From NCBI GenBank assembly GCA_045863295.1, contig BTWA01000009.1:1-64000 (forward strand): a DNA stretch of 64,000 bases. Direction: 5' to 3'. Source of the DNA: Candidatus Hydrogenedentota bacterium. Lineage in GTDB: Bacteria; Hydrogenedentota; Hydrogenedentia; Hydrogenedentales; SLHB01. Shown piece after piece: positions 19,990 to 30,356 of this stretch. The first letter of the stretch is position 1, and every line of letters starts with the position of its first letter. Below the pieces are notes generated by a model, which had not been told where the DNA came from, made no database searches, and saw only the letters and a program-made list of their open reading frames with translations. Made by a program: the position numbers and the translations under genes.

Positions 19990-21144
19990 ATGAACCGGTT
20001 TGTCGTTGTGACGCTGGGATTGCTGGCCGTTTCGATGGCCGCATGGGCCTGGCCCGGATGGGACTGGGAGGAAGGCCGGAAGAAAACCGGTATGACCAAG
20101 CCCGATCTTCAGACGCCGCAAGCCGGGTTGAAGGACTTGTTACCCCTGTTGCAGGCGACGCCGGATTCAGAACCGATCGACTCGGTGGCGACGTGGGAAG
20201 CCAAGCGTGAATCGATAATAACCGTATTGGAGTCGTTATTCGGTAATCCGGAGAACCTGGTGCGAGCGACCAACACGGTCGAAGAAATTGGCCGCGAGGA
20301 TATGGGCGCGTACAACCGAATCCATCTTCGCATTCCCAGCGAGGCCGACGACGCTATTCCCGCCTACCTTCTTATGCCGAAGCAATTGCCGGACCACCCG
20401 GTACCCGCCATGGTCGTACTGCATCAAACCCAGGCCCCCGGGAAGCAGGAAGCCTGCGGCATGACCGGCGATCCAAGCATGGCCTTCGCGAAGGAACTTG
20501 TCGAACGTGGATTCATCTGCATCGCGCCCGACGCCGTTGGCTTCGGAGAACGCATCCGCGAAGGGGGACAACCCTACGACAATGCCATGGAGTTTTACGC
20601 AAAACATCCCACGTGGTCATATTTCGGCAAAATGAACTGGGATGTCAGCCGCGTTGTGGACTATCTGGTGAGTTTGCCCAGCGTCGATCCCCAACGAATT
20701 GGCATAATGGGCCACTCGCACGGCGCCTACGGTTCCATCATGGCGTCCATTTTCGAACCGCGCATTTCGCTCGTTGTCGCCAGTTGCGGGTTTACTACGT
20801 TGCGCACGGATCCCGACCCCAATCGGTGGAGCCATCTCACCGCGCTCTTGCCGAAGCTGGGATTCTATATGGACGACGTTTCCACCGCACCCACGGACTG
20901 GCACGAAATCGTCGCGTGCATTGCTCCCAGACCCTATTTCAACTGGGCGACCCTGGAAGACGATATCTTTCCCGAGACCGACAATCTGGCCGAAGTGTAT
21001 CGCCAGTTGAACGGTGTCTATTCCCTGTACGGCAAACCGGAAGCGTTCACGGGCAAACTCGCTCCCGGCAAGCATCGATTTCCTGAGGAAGCAAGGATCG
21101 AAGCCTATGAGTGGATAGAAAGGCAATTCAAGGTCGAAAAGTAG
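19990..21144 (+). CDS. Secreted alpha/beta hydrolase (dienelactone hydrolase / carbohydrate esterase-like)
   Basis: Signal peptide; IPAYLL, RIGIMGHSHG nucleophile elbow, IAPRP, KHRFP. Confidence 0.85.
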   Translation: MNRFVVVTLGLLAVSMAAWAWPGWDWEEGRKKTGMTKPDLQTPQAGLKDLLPLLQATPDSEPIDSVATWEAKRESIITVLESLFGNPENLVRATNTVEEIGREDMGAYNRIHLRIPSEADDAIPAYLLMPKQLPDHPVPAMVVLHQTQAPGKQEACGMTGDPSMAFAKELVERGFICIAPDAVGFGERIREGGQPYDNAMEFYAKHPTWSYFGKMNWDVSRVVDYLVSLPSVDPQRIGIMGHSHGAYGSIMASIFEPRISLVVASCGFTTLRTDPDPNRWSHLTALLPKLGFYMDDVSTAPTDWHEIVACIAPRPYFNWATLEDDIFPETDNLAEVYRQLNGVYSLYGKPEAFTGKLAPGKHRFPEEARIEAYEWIERQFKVEK

Positions 21145-21156
21145 CCGGTAACGCGA

Positions 21157-22188
21157 TTAATCCAATGTTTTGACCAGTACGCGTTCGCCATTGCGCGAGG
21201 CCGATTCATGCAAAGCTTCGAGAACGGCCGTGGCAACAAAACCGTCTTCAGCAGTCACATACGGCGCGCGATCGTTGATCACCGCATCAAGAAAACTCTC
21301 GATGCACGCCGGAAACGCTCCTGTCCAGCGGTCGAATACCTGGGCGTTGAGCAGCGACCGCGGCCAGGAAAAGCCGTCCGCCGTGCTCATTTCAATCGCC
21401 TCGTCTTTTCTATCCACTTGAATATGTCCCGATTCGCCTACGATCGCCATGAACGAGTCGGGCATGGCCGGATGAGTCTCCGGATAGATCCACGCCGCCT
21501 CGAACGTGGCCACGCCGCCTTTCCCGTAGCGGACTTGCCCTTGCATGGCGTCGTACGTGTCCCAACCCAAGCGTGATTTCAAAACCGACTTGACCCCAAC
21601 GCACGTAACGTCCGTGGGCATGTCGTCAAACCACCATGTCATTAAATCGATGTCGTGCGAGGACTGAAACCACATCGGCGAACTCTCCCGCGCCCACGAA
21701 GCAAGCATCTGCGTGGGTACTGTTATTGGATTGTTCTTTCTCGCATACCCCACCAGTGGGCGTCCAATCGATCCGCCATGAATCTTTTTCCACACAGCGT
21801 TGTATGGGGCTAGCCAGCGATGATTGTACGAGACCTGCAACTTTAACCCCGTCTCACGCACGCGGCGGACGATGGCGGCGGCCTCGCTGGTTGAGGTAGT
21901 CAGTGGTTTCTCGCAATACACATGGACCCCGCGATCCATGCAAGCCATCACGGCATGCAGGTGATCCCAATCCGGCGTCGCCACAAAGGCAATGTCCGGC
22001 TGGACGGAGTTCAGCAACAGGTCGACGGATGAAAAACCCTGACAATTGAACCGGGCTGCGGCTTCTTCGCGCTTTGCATCGGACCTTTCTGCGATGGCTA
22101 CAATCCCGGCATCGCTCCTGCGCGCCAGCACGTTTGCCACGCCGGTGCCCATAATGCCCATCCCGACTATCGCCGCTTTCAACGTCAT
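21157..22188 (-). CDS. Gfo/Idh/MocA family oxidoreductase
   Basis: AAIVGMGIMG, VATPDWDH, HVYCEKPL, SHDID. Confidence 0.92.
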   Translation of the reverse strand: MTLKAAIVGMGIMGTGVANVLARRSDAGIVAIAERSDAKREEAAARFNCQGFSSVDLLLNSVQPDIAFVATPDWDHLHAVMACMDRGVHVYCEKPLTTSTSEAAAIVRRVRETGLKLQVSYNHRWLAPYNAVWKKIHGGSIGRPLVGYARKNNPITVPTQMLASWARESSPMWFQSSHDIDLMTWWFDDMPTDVTCVGVKSVLKSRLGWDTYDAMQGQVRYGKGGVATFEAAWIYPETHPAMPDSFMAIVGESGHIQVDRKDEAIEMSTADGFSWPRSLLNAQVFDRWTGAFPACIESFLDAVINDRAPYVTAEDGFVATAVLEALHESASRNGERVLVKTLD

Positions 22189-23666
22189 TCGCTGTCTCCG
22201 GACGCCGATTCATTCAGATAGTTGATTAAGCGATACATCCTTCCGGTATATCCGCCTACAATATACGCATCAAACGTCTGGGCGGGCGCGGTAAATGGCG
22301 AGAAAGGATCCATCACTCTGGCCTCGTCGTGCCAACCGCCCCGTTCATCCAGAGTGCGACAGAGTTCAGCCACACCTGCTGGGGTCTGCTTTACTTTGGC
22401 AAGCGTTGTCGCGAGATAACCGCCCCGGATTGCGTCCGGTAGAGGCGCTCTCGATTTTGCTTCTTCGTATTCGCGTTTAGCGGCTTCTGGCGCCTGTTGT
22501 CGGAGTTTCTCAAATTCCCCACGCAAATACTCTACCGGAATCGACATGCGATCGCCGTACGGGTAGACCCCCGTGGAATCATAGGTCAGCGTATACTTCA
22601 CATCGGTAATCGTAGTCCCCGTCTGTAGTATATAGACTGGCTTGTTGGATTCCAGTTCGTAGAACATCGTATGGGTGAAACCCTCGGCACCTGGAATGAC
22701 GGAGGCTTCCAACCACGCAAGCGCGAGCGGAATGGGGGAGAGGTACTTTGCGTCCCCGGTAATCCGGTAGAAATCCATGAGTTCGAGAACATTGCTGTGT
22801 GTTTCCGCGCTGCATACCGCCGCGATTTCGAACGGGCGGCCCCACGCCGGCTTCAAATCGGCAGAGTACTGCTGCGCCCAACCGGCCTGCGGCGCCGGCA
22901 ATTGTGACACAAGATAAAAATCCATCCCCTGGCGCGCGGCCCGCAGATATCGCTCTTCACCTGTCAACGCATGGGTTTCAAGAAGAACGTCAATACAGTC
23001 CGCCGTAACGTCGTCATTAAATGTCGCGCAAGACGTATAGTCCTCGGATTCAACCGGGAACCGTTGAGGCCATCCGCCGCTGGGCAACTGCGCGCGCAGA
23101 ATGTGGTCTAGCGCCTTGTCCAACACGGCTTTGTGCGAAGTGTCTCCAGTGGCTTTCCACAGACGGAGAAAGAATCGGGTCGGTTCCGTGGTGCTATAAT
23201 CGTCGAAAGTCGCGTTTCCCCGCCGCTTGAGATACTCCTGCCACCCCCAGCACTTCGAAAAGAATTCATCGTAATACCGTTGCAATCCATCGGGATCAAA
23301 GTCTATAAAGTAGTTCCACCCTCCCGAGGGGTGTTGTCCCGCCGCCAGGGGTGCGGCCGTTTCCTTGGCACGATCAAGGTAATAGCCATCGCCGGTGGCG
23401 TGATAGGCCTCCAACAACACGAGCCCTACGGCAGGGGTGCCCGGCGGCTCTACCCAAATCATGCTGTCTCGTGCCTTGAGTTCACCGAAGGGTTCCAGGT
23501 CCATGGAATAGAGCCATACAAAACCTCCCCGATTCGCAAGCGTGCCGAACATGAAATCCGTCGCGCGCCGCATTGTAGACAAGACCTCTGTGCGAGAGAC
23601 GCGGACCTCGTCGGCATGCGCGGGGAGTACGAAGGCGGCCAATAGCAGTGGAAGTAACATTCGCAT
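22185..23666 (-). CDS. Pectate lyase, PL10 (PelA/Pel-15E)-like, secreted
   Basis: ATFDD, Q.PSGGWPQRFP, TFNDDV, GWAQQY...PAWGRPFE; signal peptide. Confidence 0.8.
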   Translation of the reverse strand: MRMLLPLLLAAFVLPAHADEVRVSRTEVLSTMRRATDFMFGTLANRGGFVWLYSMDLEPFGELKARDSMIWVEPPGTPAVGLVLLEAYHATGDGYYLDRAKETAAPLAAGQHPSGGWNYFIDFDPDGLQRYYDEFFSKCWGWQEYLKRRGNATFDDYSTTEPTRFFLRLWKATGDTSHKAVLDKALDHILRAQLPSGGWPQRFPVESEDYTSCATFNDDVTADCIDVLLETHALTGEERYLRAARQGMDFYLVSQLPAPQAGWAQQYSADLKPAWGRPFEIAAVCSAETHSNVLELMDFYRITGDAKYLSPIPLALAWLEASVIPGAEGFTHTMFYELESNKPVYILQTGTTITDVKYTLTYDSTGVYPYGDRMSIPVEYLRGEFEKLRQQAPEAAKREYEEAKSRAPLPDAIRGGYLATTLAKVKQTPAGVAELCRTLDERGGWHDEARVMDPFSPFTAPAQTFDAYIVGGYTGRMYRLINYLNESASGDSE

Positions 23667-23740
23667 CGGCAAAGCATAAAATCATTCGTCGTGGGTTTCA
23701 ACGGCAGGACTTCGCCGTTGCCAACTGCAGGAAGTACTCA

Positions 23741-25987
23741 ATGCGCCATCATCTTGCCCTATTCGTTATCGTCGCTCTCCTTTTGTACATTGTGCCGGCG
23801 GAGGCGGTGGAAACGGCGGCCAACGAATGGGATGCAACAGCACTCTATGAAAACGGATTCGCGCAAGGGGTGATGCGGTCCCAAAAGGGGACCGGCATCC
23901 AACTCAACGACATGACTCTGCTGGAAAACGACGGACCCGGCGCGGGATACAGCGAGAAAGGTCCGTTTCTCGAACCGCTTCATACAGGCGTTCTGGCACG
24001 AAAAACATTCACTTTAGACGATGCCCGCGCCATGGAAGCTCACGTCGTGCTTTACCTGGAATACAAGGGCACGGGAGAGGCGCCGCCATACTACCTAGTC
24101 GTCAACGGCAATCGCGTTGAAGGGATAAGGAAACCCTGGCACGACGGCCTGTGGCATTGGGTTCCCATTCCAGTGGATATCCTCCGAAAAGGCGAGAACA
24201 CCATCATAATCGGCTGCGACGCTCCCACCGGTCACGGCTACAATCTGCTCTTTGCGCGCGACGACGAATATGACCGAGGTGGGGGTAGGGTCACGCTGAA
24301 GGGCAATACCGCCATGATCGCCTCCGGATTCGTCACGCCTCCGCGGCATCCCGACGGCGCGGCGTTTGCCCGAATCCAGGTCGGCTCCACCTCGGCCAAG
24401 AGCATGGACGGCGGCGCTACATGGATCGAAGGCTCCCTGGGACCGGAAAGCAACGTACCCGGCGAGTACACCATCCGATTAAACCTTACTCGCTATGGCG
24501 ATGAAGGCAGTTGCACGACACTGCCCATGGATCTCTGGAGCGAAATAGAAGGATTTGGTCCGCTGTCACCCACGGCAGAAGTGAAGTCCTTGCGCCTAAC
24601 CGGCGAGGGCGCTACGCCACCTGGAACAGCGATTGAATGGCAAGTGCGCTTTGCCGGGTCGCCGGATCCGGCTTCGCCGGAATGGGGCTCGTTCACTGCG
24701 CTGCAATCAGGCGCCCAATGCGATGTGAATCTTGTCAACGTGCCCCAGAGATTCATGCAGGCGCGTGTAGTGCTCCGTTCTTCCGACCCCTTGTCCACCC
24801 CGGTCGCAAAACGCCTTCGTGTCGAACGAGTGATGGAAAGCAAACCGTTGCAAGACTATCGCGTGTATCCGCGCGATGCAGTCCAGCCGCAACCGGTATT
24901 CTCGTCCTACAGCGTCGCCTACGAGAATTATGATCGCGGCGAACTCACCGCTTTGTGGGAACGGCTCGATCTCGGCAGAGTGACCGGGGCAACTTGCGGC
25001 GACTTTGAGCGAGTTAATCTGGTTCGCCACCACGTCTCGCAGCAGTGGTACCACGAACTGCCATTGCCAGACTATCCGGAATGGGACGCCCTCGCCATTC
25101 TCGACCGCCGCGATGCCAAAGGCGCGGGCGGCATGTGTATCCAGTTTGCCATTACCTTCATGCATGCGCTTCAAGCCTGCGGCTACCAGGCCCGCCATGT
25201 GAATGTCTTCAATCACGAGACCATTGAGGTTTACGTGGATGAACTCGAGAAATGGGTCGTGGTCGATCCGGAGAGCCTGTTTGATTCCTACGAATACCGT
25301 ACCGACACGGGCGAACCCGTAAACGTACTCGAGCAGCACTACGCATTCCTTGCGAGATACGGATTTGATAGGGATCGTCAAATCCCCTGGATGGCCGCCG
25401 AGCCTTGGTGCAATTGGCTCGCGGAGGGCGTGAAGGAATCGCCTCAACCGCTTGAAATCTCCACGTTTACCGGCTGGATTAACGACCCGGACTCTGCGAA
25501 GCGGCCTCCGCAACATAACCTCGCAGGCTTCTTCCGTATTACGCCCCGGAACGACTTTTATTCGCGGCCCATTCCGAGGCCTTTGAGCCAGGGCTCAACG
25601 TATTGGCCATGGAACGGGTACCTCTGTTGGTATGACGAGGCGACCCCTCGTCACATGCAATACAGCTTGCACAGCGATCGCCCCGCCGACTTTTATCCCA
25701 CGCTGAATCGGGTGCACTACACGGCGACACTGGAGGATAACCCGGGAGTTGTGCAATTGGCGTTCTTTACTCAGACACCCAACTTCGCGGGATACGAGGT
25801 CAATGTCGACGAGACGGGTTGGCGAGAAGCGGGTTCAGACTTTCGATGGGAATTAAAGCGAAGCGCACTGAACAGGATTCAAATGCGTGTGCGAAATAAG
25901 GCAGGCGTCATTGGAAAGCCGTCGACGCTGTCGCTGCTTTACCACTATGCTGAACCGTACACACCGAAAGTGGCCGCGCAGGAGTAA
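23741..25987 (+). CDS. Secreted protein with a transglutaminase-like (Cys-His-Asp) domain
   Basis: GGMCIQFA...GYQARHV...HETIEVYVDELEKWVVVDP; signal peptide. Confidence 0.8.
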   Translation: MRHHLALFVIVALLLYIVPAEAVETAANEWDATALYENGFAQGVMRSQKGTGIQLNDMTLLENDGPGAGYSEKGPFLEPLHTGVLARKTFTLDDARAMEAHVVLYLEYKGTGEAPPYYLVVNGNRVEGIRKPWHDGLWHWVPIPVDILRKGENTIIIGCDAPTGHGYNLLFARDDEYDRGGGRVTLKGNTAMIASGFVTPPRHPDGAAFARIQVGSTSAKSMDGGATWIEGSLGPESNVPGEYTIRLNLTRYGDEGSCTTLPMDLWSEIEGFGPLSPTAEVKSLRLTGEGATPPGTAIEWQVRFAGSPDPASPEWGSFTALQSGAQCDVNLVNVPQRFMQARVVLRSSDPLSTPVAKRLRVERVMESKPLQDYRVYPRDAVQPQPVFSSYSVAYENYDRGELTALWERLDLGRVTGATCGDFERVNLVRHHVSQQWYHELPLPDYPEWDALAILDRRDAKGAGGMCIQFAITFMHALQACGYQARHVNVFNHETIEVYVDELEKWVVVDPESLFDSYEYRTDTGEPVNVLEQHYAFLARYGFDRDRQIPWMAAEPWCNWLAEGVKESPQPLEISTFTGWINDPDSAKRPPQHNLAGFFRITPRNDFYSRPIPRPLSQGSTYWPWNGYLCWYDEATPRHMQYSLHSDRPADFYPTLNRVHYTATLEDNPGVVQLAFFTQTPNFAGYEVNVDETGWREAGSDFRWELKRSALNRIQMRVRNKAGVIGKPSTLSLLYHYAEPYTPKVAAQE

Positions 25988-26036
25988 TTGCACTTCATTT
26001 TGTCGCGGGTTCGCTCTTGTGACTGTCGTATGACCC

Positions 26037-27773
26037 TTGCCTGGAAGGAACCGGAACACTGTGCAACAAGGCAAACTATACTCAAGCAGTGCCCTGGTCA
26101 TCGTCCTGCTATCGCTGACACACGTTCATGCCGAATCAGTTCAAGTGCCACCACACCCGCGACTGTATGTGACTTCCGCGGAACGTTCGCGTCTGCATGC
26201 TCAAGGTTCCGATCCCATCTACGCTCGCATGTACCAGAACCTGATGGAGTCCGCGGAGTGGTGCCTGAAAAAGACGCCCAGGAAATCCTGGATTGCGCCG
26301 GTGCCGGATGATCCGATTTACGAGAATCTCTACGACCGTTTCTACGCCATGATGATGGACATGGCCATCACCGAGCACCTCGCCTTCGCATATGCGATTA
26401 GCGGCGACCCGAAGTATGGCGATGCCACACGAGAATGGACGCTGGCCTGCTGCCGCGCCTGGAAGCCCGATGCGGACGCAGCCCCCGACGGTGGCAAGGC
26501 CTACGCGGTAATGCGCCTCCTGAAAGGCGCGGCCGTCGGGTATGACATGGCATACGACCGATTCTCGGATGCGGAGCGCGACGAGATTCGCAACATGATG
26601 TCCGCAACCGCGGGAAACTACTTCGCGAAGTACTTCTCGGATCCGACTCGCTCGGGTCCGAAATTTCACACGCATCACGCCGTGGTTGAATACAGCTCAT
26701 TTGGCGTGGCCGCCCTCGCCTTGCTTGGCGAAGTCCCCGACGCCCAAAAATGGTTGGACGCCACCGTAATCAAGTTCAAGGATCATCTGTTACCCAACGG
26801 GCTCGCATCGGACGGCGCACAAGTCGAAGGGGCGACATTCTGGGCGTCCACCATGCACTACCGGTTATTTTTCATGGATGCACTGCGCCGTGTCACCGGT
26901 CAAGACCTGTTTACGGAATTCGCCGTGTACATGAACGCCGATCTCGCCTTGGCATCCGTCGCCGCGGAGAAGCGCCCTGGCTGGGATGAACCCCACCAAA
27001 ACGTCGTCTTGTCACCGTCTTACGGCCAACTCAATTACTACGCGCCTGTACTTCTTGCCATGGCGCGCGAGTACCGAAGCCCCATCTGCCAGCATTTGGC
27101 TTTGTGGGATCACACGCTGGGTTCTATCCAAGAAACGCGCTATATCACTCCCAATCGAAAAGAACAGTTGCTCTTTGAACTCGGCGGATACGCGTGTCTG
27201 TGGTATGAGTCATCGGTCAAACCGAATACCGCCCATACAAATCTCTCTTACGCGTTTCCATCCGTTTTTCAGGCCTATGCGAGGGGAAGCTGGGATCCCA
27301 ACGGCATTGTCGCGGCCATCGACAAGGGAGGTCAAGTCGTCGTCCATGCCGGCGGCATAGCGGCACTGATTGCATCAGGAACTGCAAACGATAGCCATGC
27401 CGTGCCAACCGTTGAAGACAACGGCGACGTCGCGACACTGGCTTGGAAAGAGGGGAATGACCAATCGGTCATTCTCGAAGTGCATCGTCCGAACCGCGTA
27501 ACAATTTCGTGGAAGGGACTGCCGGACGGCTGGAACTTTTGGTCGCTGCGAGATCCGGAATGGAGCGGCGGACGCCTTTCCTGGCCAGGATGTACTGTTC
27601 GGACAACCGCAGGCGCCATTAAGGACGTGAAATCCAAAGCCTACTCGCCCGCGCACGCCGTCGGAAATGGAAAACTCTTACTCATTGATCCCGAACCAAG
27701 GCAATACCCGCTCGTATTCGCGGAACCGGATGCGGACGGAGTGCTGGCCATCGAGATTGCACTTGAACGTTGA
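26037..27773 (+). CDS. DUF4962 / heparinase II-III / alginate-lyase-like protein
   Basis: HPRLYV, LAFAYAISGDPKY, AVGYD.AYD, DGAQVEGATFW; TTG start is uncertain. Confidence 0.7.
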   Translation: MPGRNRNTVQQGKLYSSSALVIVLLSLTHVHAESVQVPPHPRLYVTSAERSRLHAQGSDPIYARMYQNLMESAEWCLKKTPRKSWIAPVPDDPIYENLYDRFYAMMMDMAITEHLAFAYAISGDPKYGDATREWTLACCRAWKPDADAAPDGGKAYAVMRLLKGAAVGYDMAYDRFSDAERDEIRNMMSATAGNYFAKYFSDPTRSGPKFHTHHAVVEYSSFGVAALALLGEVPDAQKWLDATVIKFKDHLLPNGLASDGAQVEGATFWASTMHYRLFFMDALRRVTGQDLFTEFAVYMNADLALASVAAEKRPGWDEPHQNVVLSPSYGQLNYYAPVLLAMAREYRSPICQHLALWDHTLGSIQETRYITPNRKEQLLFELGGYACLWYESSVKPNTAHTNLSYAFPSVFQAYARGSWDPNGIVAAIDKGGQVVVHAGGIAALIASGTANDSHAVPTVEDNGDVATLAWKEGNDQSVILEVHRPNRVTISWKGLPDGWNFWSLRDPEWSGGRLSWPGCTVRTTAGAIKDVKSKAYSPAHAVGNGKLLLIDPEPRQYPLVFAEPDADGVLAIEIALER

Positions 27774-27785
27774 AGACCCTGTTAG

Positions 27786-27968
27786 CCCGCATTTTGCACC
27801 ACGGAGACTGAAGTACATTCGTTGAGGTGCAAAATGCTTACACAGAATTCCTTAAGCTTGAAAGGCTGAGGATATTTCACGTGCACACTGTAAGAGAGCC
27901 AGTTTTGGCAACTGGCCGGTTGAATTGTTGCTACTCAGTTAATTGGACAAAGTCGTGAAATATTTGGG
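27786..27968. mobile_element. MITE copy 2 (about 183 bp), inverted relative to copy 1, TTAG target duplication
   Basis: TTAG at 27782-27785 and 27969-27972; ends CCCGCATTTTGCAC ... GTGAAATATTTGGG; shares blocks with 10000-10198. Confidence 0.8.
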
Positions 27969-27994
27969 TTAGAGGCTCCTCGAATCAGGTGCAT

Positions 27995-29992
27995 CTATTC
28001 CTCAAAAATTTCCGGCGTCTCTTTCCAACTGTCCGTCTCGATGATCGCCGCGCGATCCATATTCGCGATGCCGGTGCTCTCCAACTCGCGCCGCACGGCT
28101 ATCAGGGCGGAAATCGCCGCCTTGCGCTCCTCCAATGTGGACGCCTCATTGTTCACCACCGCCGCGGTTGCGGAACACTGCTTCGCGTGCCGCAACCCCT
28201 GTTGGAGAAAGTGCACTCGCTCCCGGTACACCGGGTCGCTGTCCTTTTCCGCTTCCAGCGACGCACGCTGCAGCATCTCGCTTGCCGGTTCGAAAACTGC
28301 GTCCGGATACAATTCATCCGCCACTTTTGCATACAACGCATAACGCCGAAAGCGGCCCTCGCTACGCTTACTGATGGATTCCGCGGCTCTAGGACTATTC
28401 TCGATGGCATAGCGTTCCCAATAATCAAAATACTCTTTGACCACGCCCGCCGCCGGACCGAACGCGGAATAGTACTCATTCAGAATCTCGTCCACACCAA
28501 CCGTGGGCCGCGTATGAATGCGAGCAAGGAGATATAAGTTAGGACCCTGGGCGGCCCACTGCCCCTGAAGCGAGTCAAAATCCGTGCCCGTCATACCGTG
28601 CTGCTCATAGAACTGAAACGCATCCGCGAACTGATGCATGTACACCAGGGGCATGGCATACCCATCCAAAAACCAGTTCGGCCTGTAGTACATCGAAACC
28701 CCCGAACGCTGCCAGCCAAGCCATTGCTCCTTGATCCACTGATGCTCTGCGTCGGTTCTCGGAAACCAGCCCGCCCAACGAAACCAGGGCACAAACCCGA
28801 TTACAATGTTTTTGTTCAATTGAATTGACGGATCCGGTGCCCAGAAATAATTCTCGTACGCATACATGGTTACACGCACGTCGGGATCGATGGTGGAAGC
28901 CAACGCATGCACCGCCTGCAAAAACCGCGCATACCGGTTCGACGCTTGAGCGGGTTCGTACGACCGCTCCATCCCAGGCGGCACTTGCTCTAAACTGGGC
29001 GCCGGACCGTCCCAAGCGGCGCACGCGTCACAAGCGCACGATCCCTGCGTGTCGTTCTCCCCAATGCCAATATTTACCGTCTCGCCAGGATGTTTTGCGC
29101 GTTCTTCCTGCCAAAGCTCGATGATTTTCGCGTGAAGACCCGGATTCGAAACGCACATTGTGAACTTCTTCGGCCTGTCCGGATCGGCGGGACCCCGCCG
29201 CCCGTCCGGTAGCAGCTGAAACCATTCCGGATGCTCCGCGCCGTATTTTTCCCACCACCCTTCGAACGAATGACCATGCCCCGAACTCAACTGCGCGTAC
29301 AGGCAATCCGAAGACATGCCCATCCGGTGCCGCCGCAAAAAGAGGTCTTGATTCTCCGCGTACGCTTCCCGCGCCATCTGCGAAAAGGCCAGACGATCAT
29401 TGGCCGTCGTAAACCCCTTCGGACCCAGCCCCGGGCGCAACAATCGCTGATTAAAACGAGGCGTCACCGTCTCGTCCATCGCGGGAATCCGAATTGAATC
29501 GGATTTCGGAATGACCTCTCCCAAACGGCCCGGCCAAAGCCACCGCACGCCCATGAACCGATCCAATATGTCGTAGACACCCCACAACGTGCCCGTATAG
29601 GTCGATTTCTTGTGCAACGCCTTCCCCGGCCCGTCATTGCCAACGATATAAAGGGCATCCCCAATTGTTCTCAGCACAGTCGCTTCGCTTGCCAGCGAGT
29701 CCGAATCGATCCCCACCGCCCGCGCGGCTTGAGTCGCGCCTATATAGACAACGGGACCGTCCCACGGTTTGGCGAGCGGCTCTTTCAGCACAGGCAATTC
29801 CGCGCCGGTAGCCTGCTGTACGTGATATACCAGTTCCTGGGCTGCATGCTCCGCTACGGGAAACGCATCCTGAGAAACAACCACGGCCGCCACCGCGTGG
29901 CGATTCTCCACCAGCGTTACTGGGTCCGCCGAAAGACACACCCCCGCCAACAACACGGTACATAATGTCATCGTGAAAACTCCCCGGCTCAA
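27995..29992 (-). CDS. DUF4838-type secreted carbohydrate-active-like protein
   Basis: AAQELVYHVQQATGA, GTLWGVY..L....GVRWLWPG, HPEWFQL, MCVSNP. Confidence 0.8.
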   Translation of the reverse strand: MSRGVFTMTLCTVLLAGVCLSADPVTLVENRHAVAAVVVSQDAFPVAEHAAQELVYHVQQATGAELPVLKEPLAKPWDGPVVYIGATQAARAVGIDSDSLASEATVLRTIGDALYIVGNDGPGKALHKKSTYTGTLWGVYDILDRFMGVRWLWPGRLGEVIPKSDSIRIPAMDETVTPRFNQRLLRPGLGPKGFTTANDRLAFSQMAREAYAENQDLFLRRHRMGMSSDCLYAQLSSGHGHSFEGWWEKYGAEHPEWFQLLPDGRRGPADPDRPKKFTMCVSNPGLHAKIIELWQEERAKHPGETVNIGIGENDTQGSCACDACAAWDGPAPSLEQVPPGMERSYEPAQASNRYARFLQAVHALASTIDPDVRVTMYAYENYFWAPDPSIQLNKNIVIGFVPWFRWAGWFPRTDAEHQWIKEQWLGWQRSGVSMYYRPNWFLDGYAMPLVYMHQFADAFQFYEQHGMTGTDFDSLQGQWAAQGPNLYLLARIHTRPTVGVDEILNEYYSAFGPAAGVVKEYFDYWERYAIENSPRAAESISKRSEGRFRRYALYAKVADELYPDAVFEPASEMLQRASLEAEKDSDPVYRERVHFLQQGLRHAKQCSATAAVVNNEASTLEERKAAISALIAVRRELESTGIANMDRAAIIETDSWKETPEIFEE

Positions 29993-30255
29993 AGTACCCC
30001 GCCCGCAAACCCGGCCAGCAACGCCAACAACAAGGCCCCAAGCAAAAAACCAACCACCATCCGCGCCAAGCGCCCAAAACGTTTTCGAGGAGCCTCAAAC
30101 GAAGACACAAACTCCGCCGCATGCCCCCGGAAATGCAATCCGCAATGCCCGCACCGCGTCGAATCCGCCGGAATCGGCTTCTTGCACCGCCGGCAAGGCA
30201 CCAAAGCCCCCCGGCCGGACCGATACGCAGAGAAGTCAAATACGTCTTTCGCCAT
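29989..30255 (-). CDS. Small zinc-ribbon protein with C-terminal membrane anchor
   Basis: CRRC...CGHC plus hydrophobic tail; AAGGAGG RBS; stop overlaps the next start. Confidence 0.75.
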   Translation of the reverse strand: MAKDVFDFSAYRSGRGALVPCRRCKKPIPADSTRCGHCGLHFRGHAAEFVSSFEAPRKRFGRLARMVVGFLLGALLLALLAGFAGGVL

Positions 30256-30356
30256 AGCCTCGCCTCCTTGCTATCGGATCGGCCGGCTCTCGAGGAGTAC
30301 CACAACGCCGCGCTTCAACCATGCTACAACAAACACACGGTACGCACTATGCTTGT

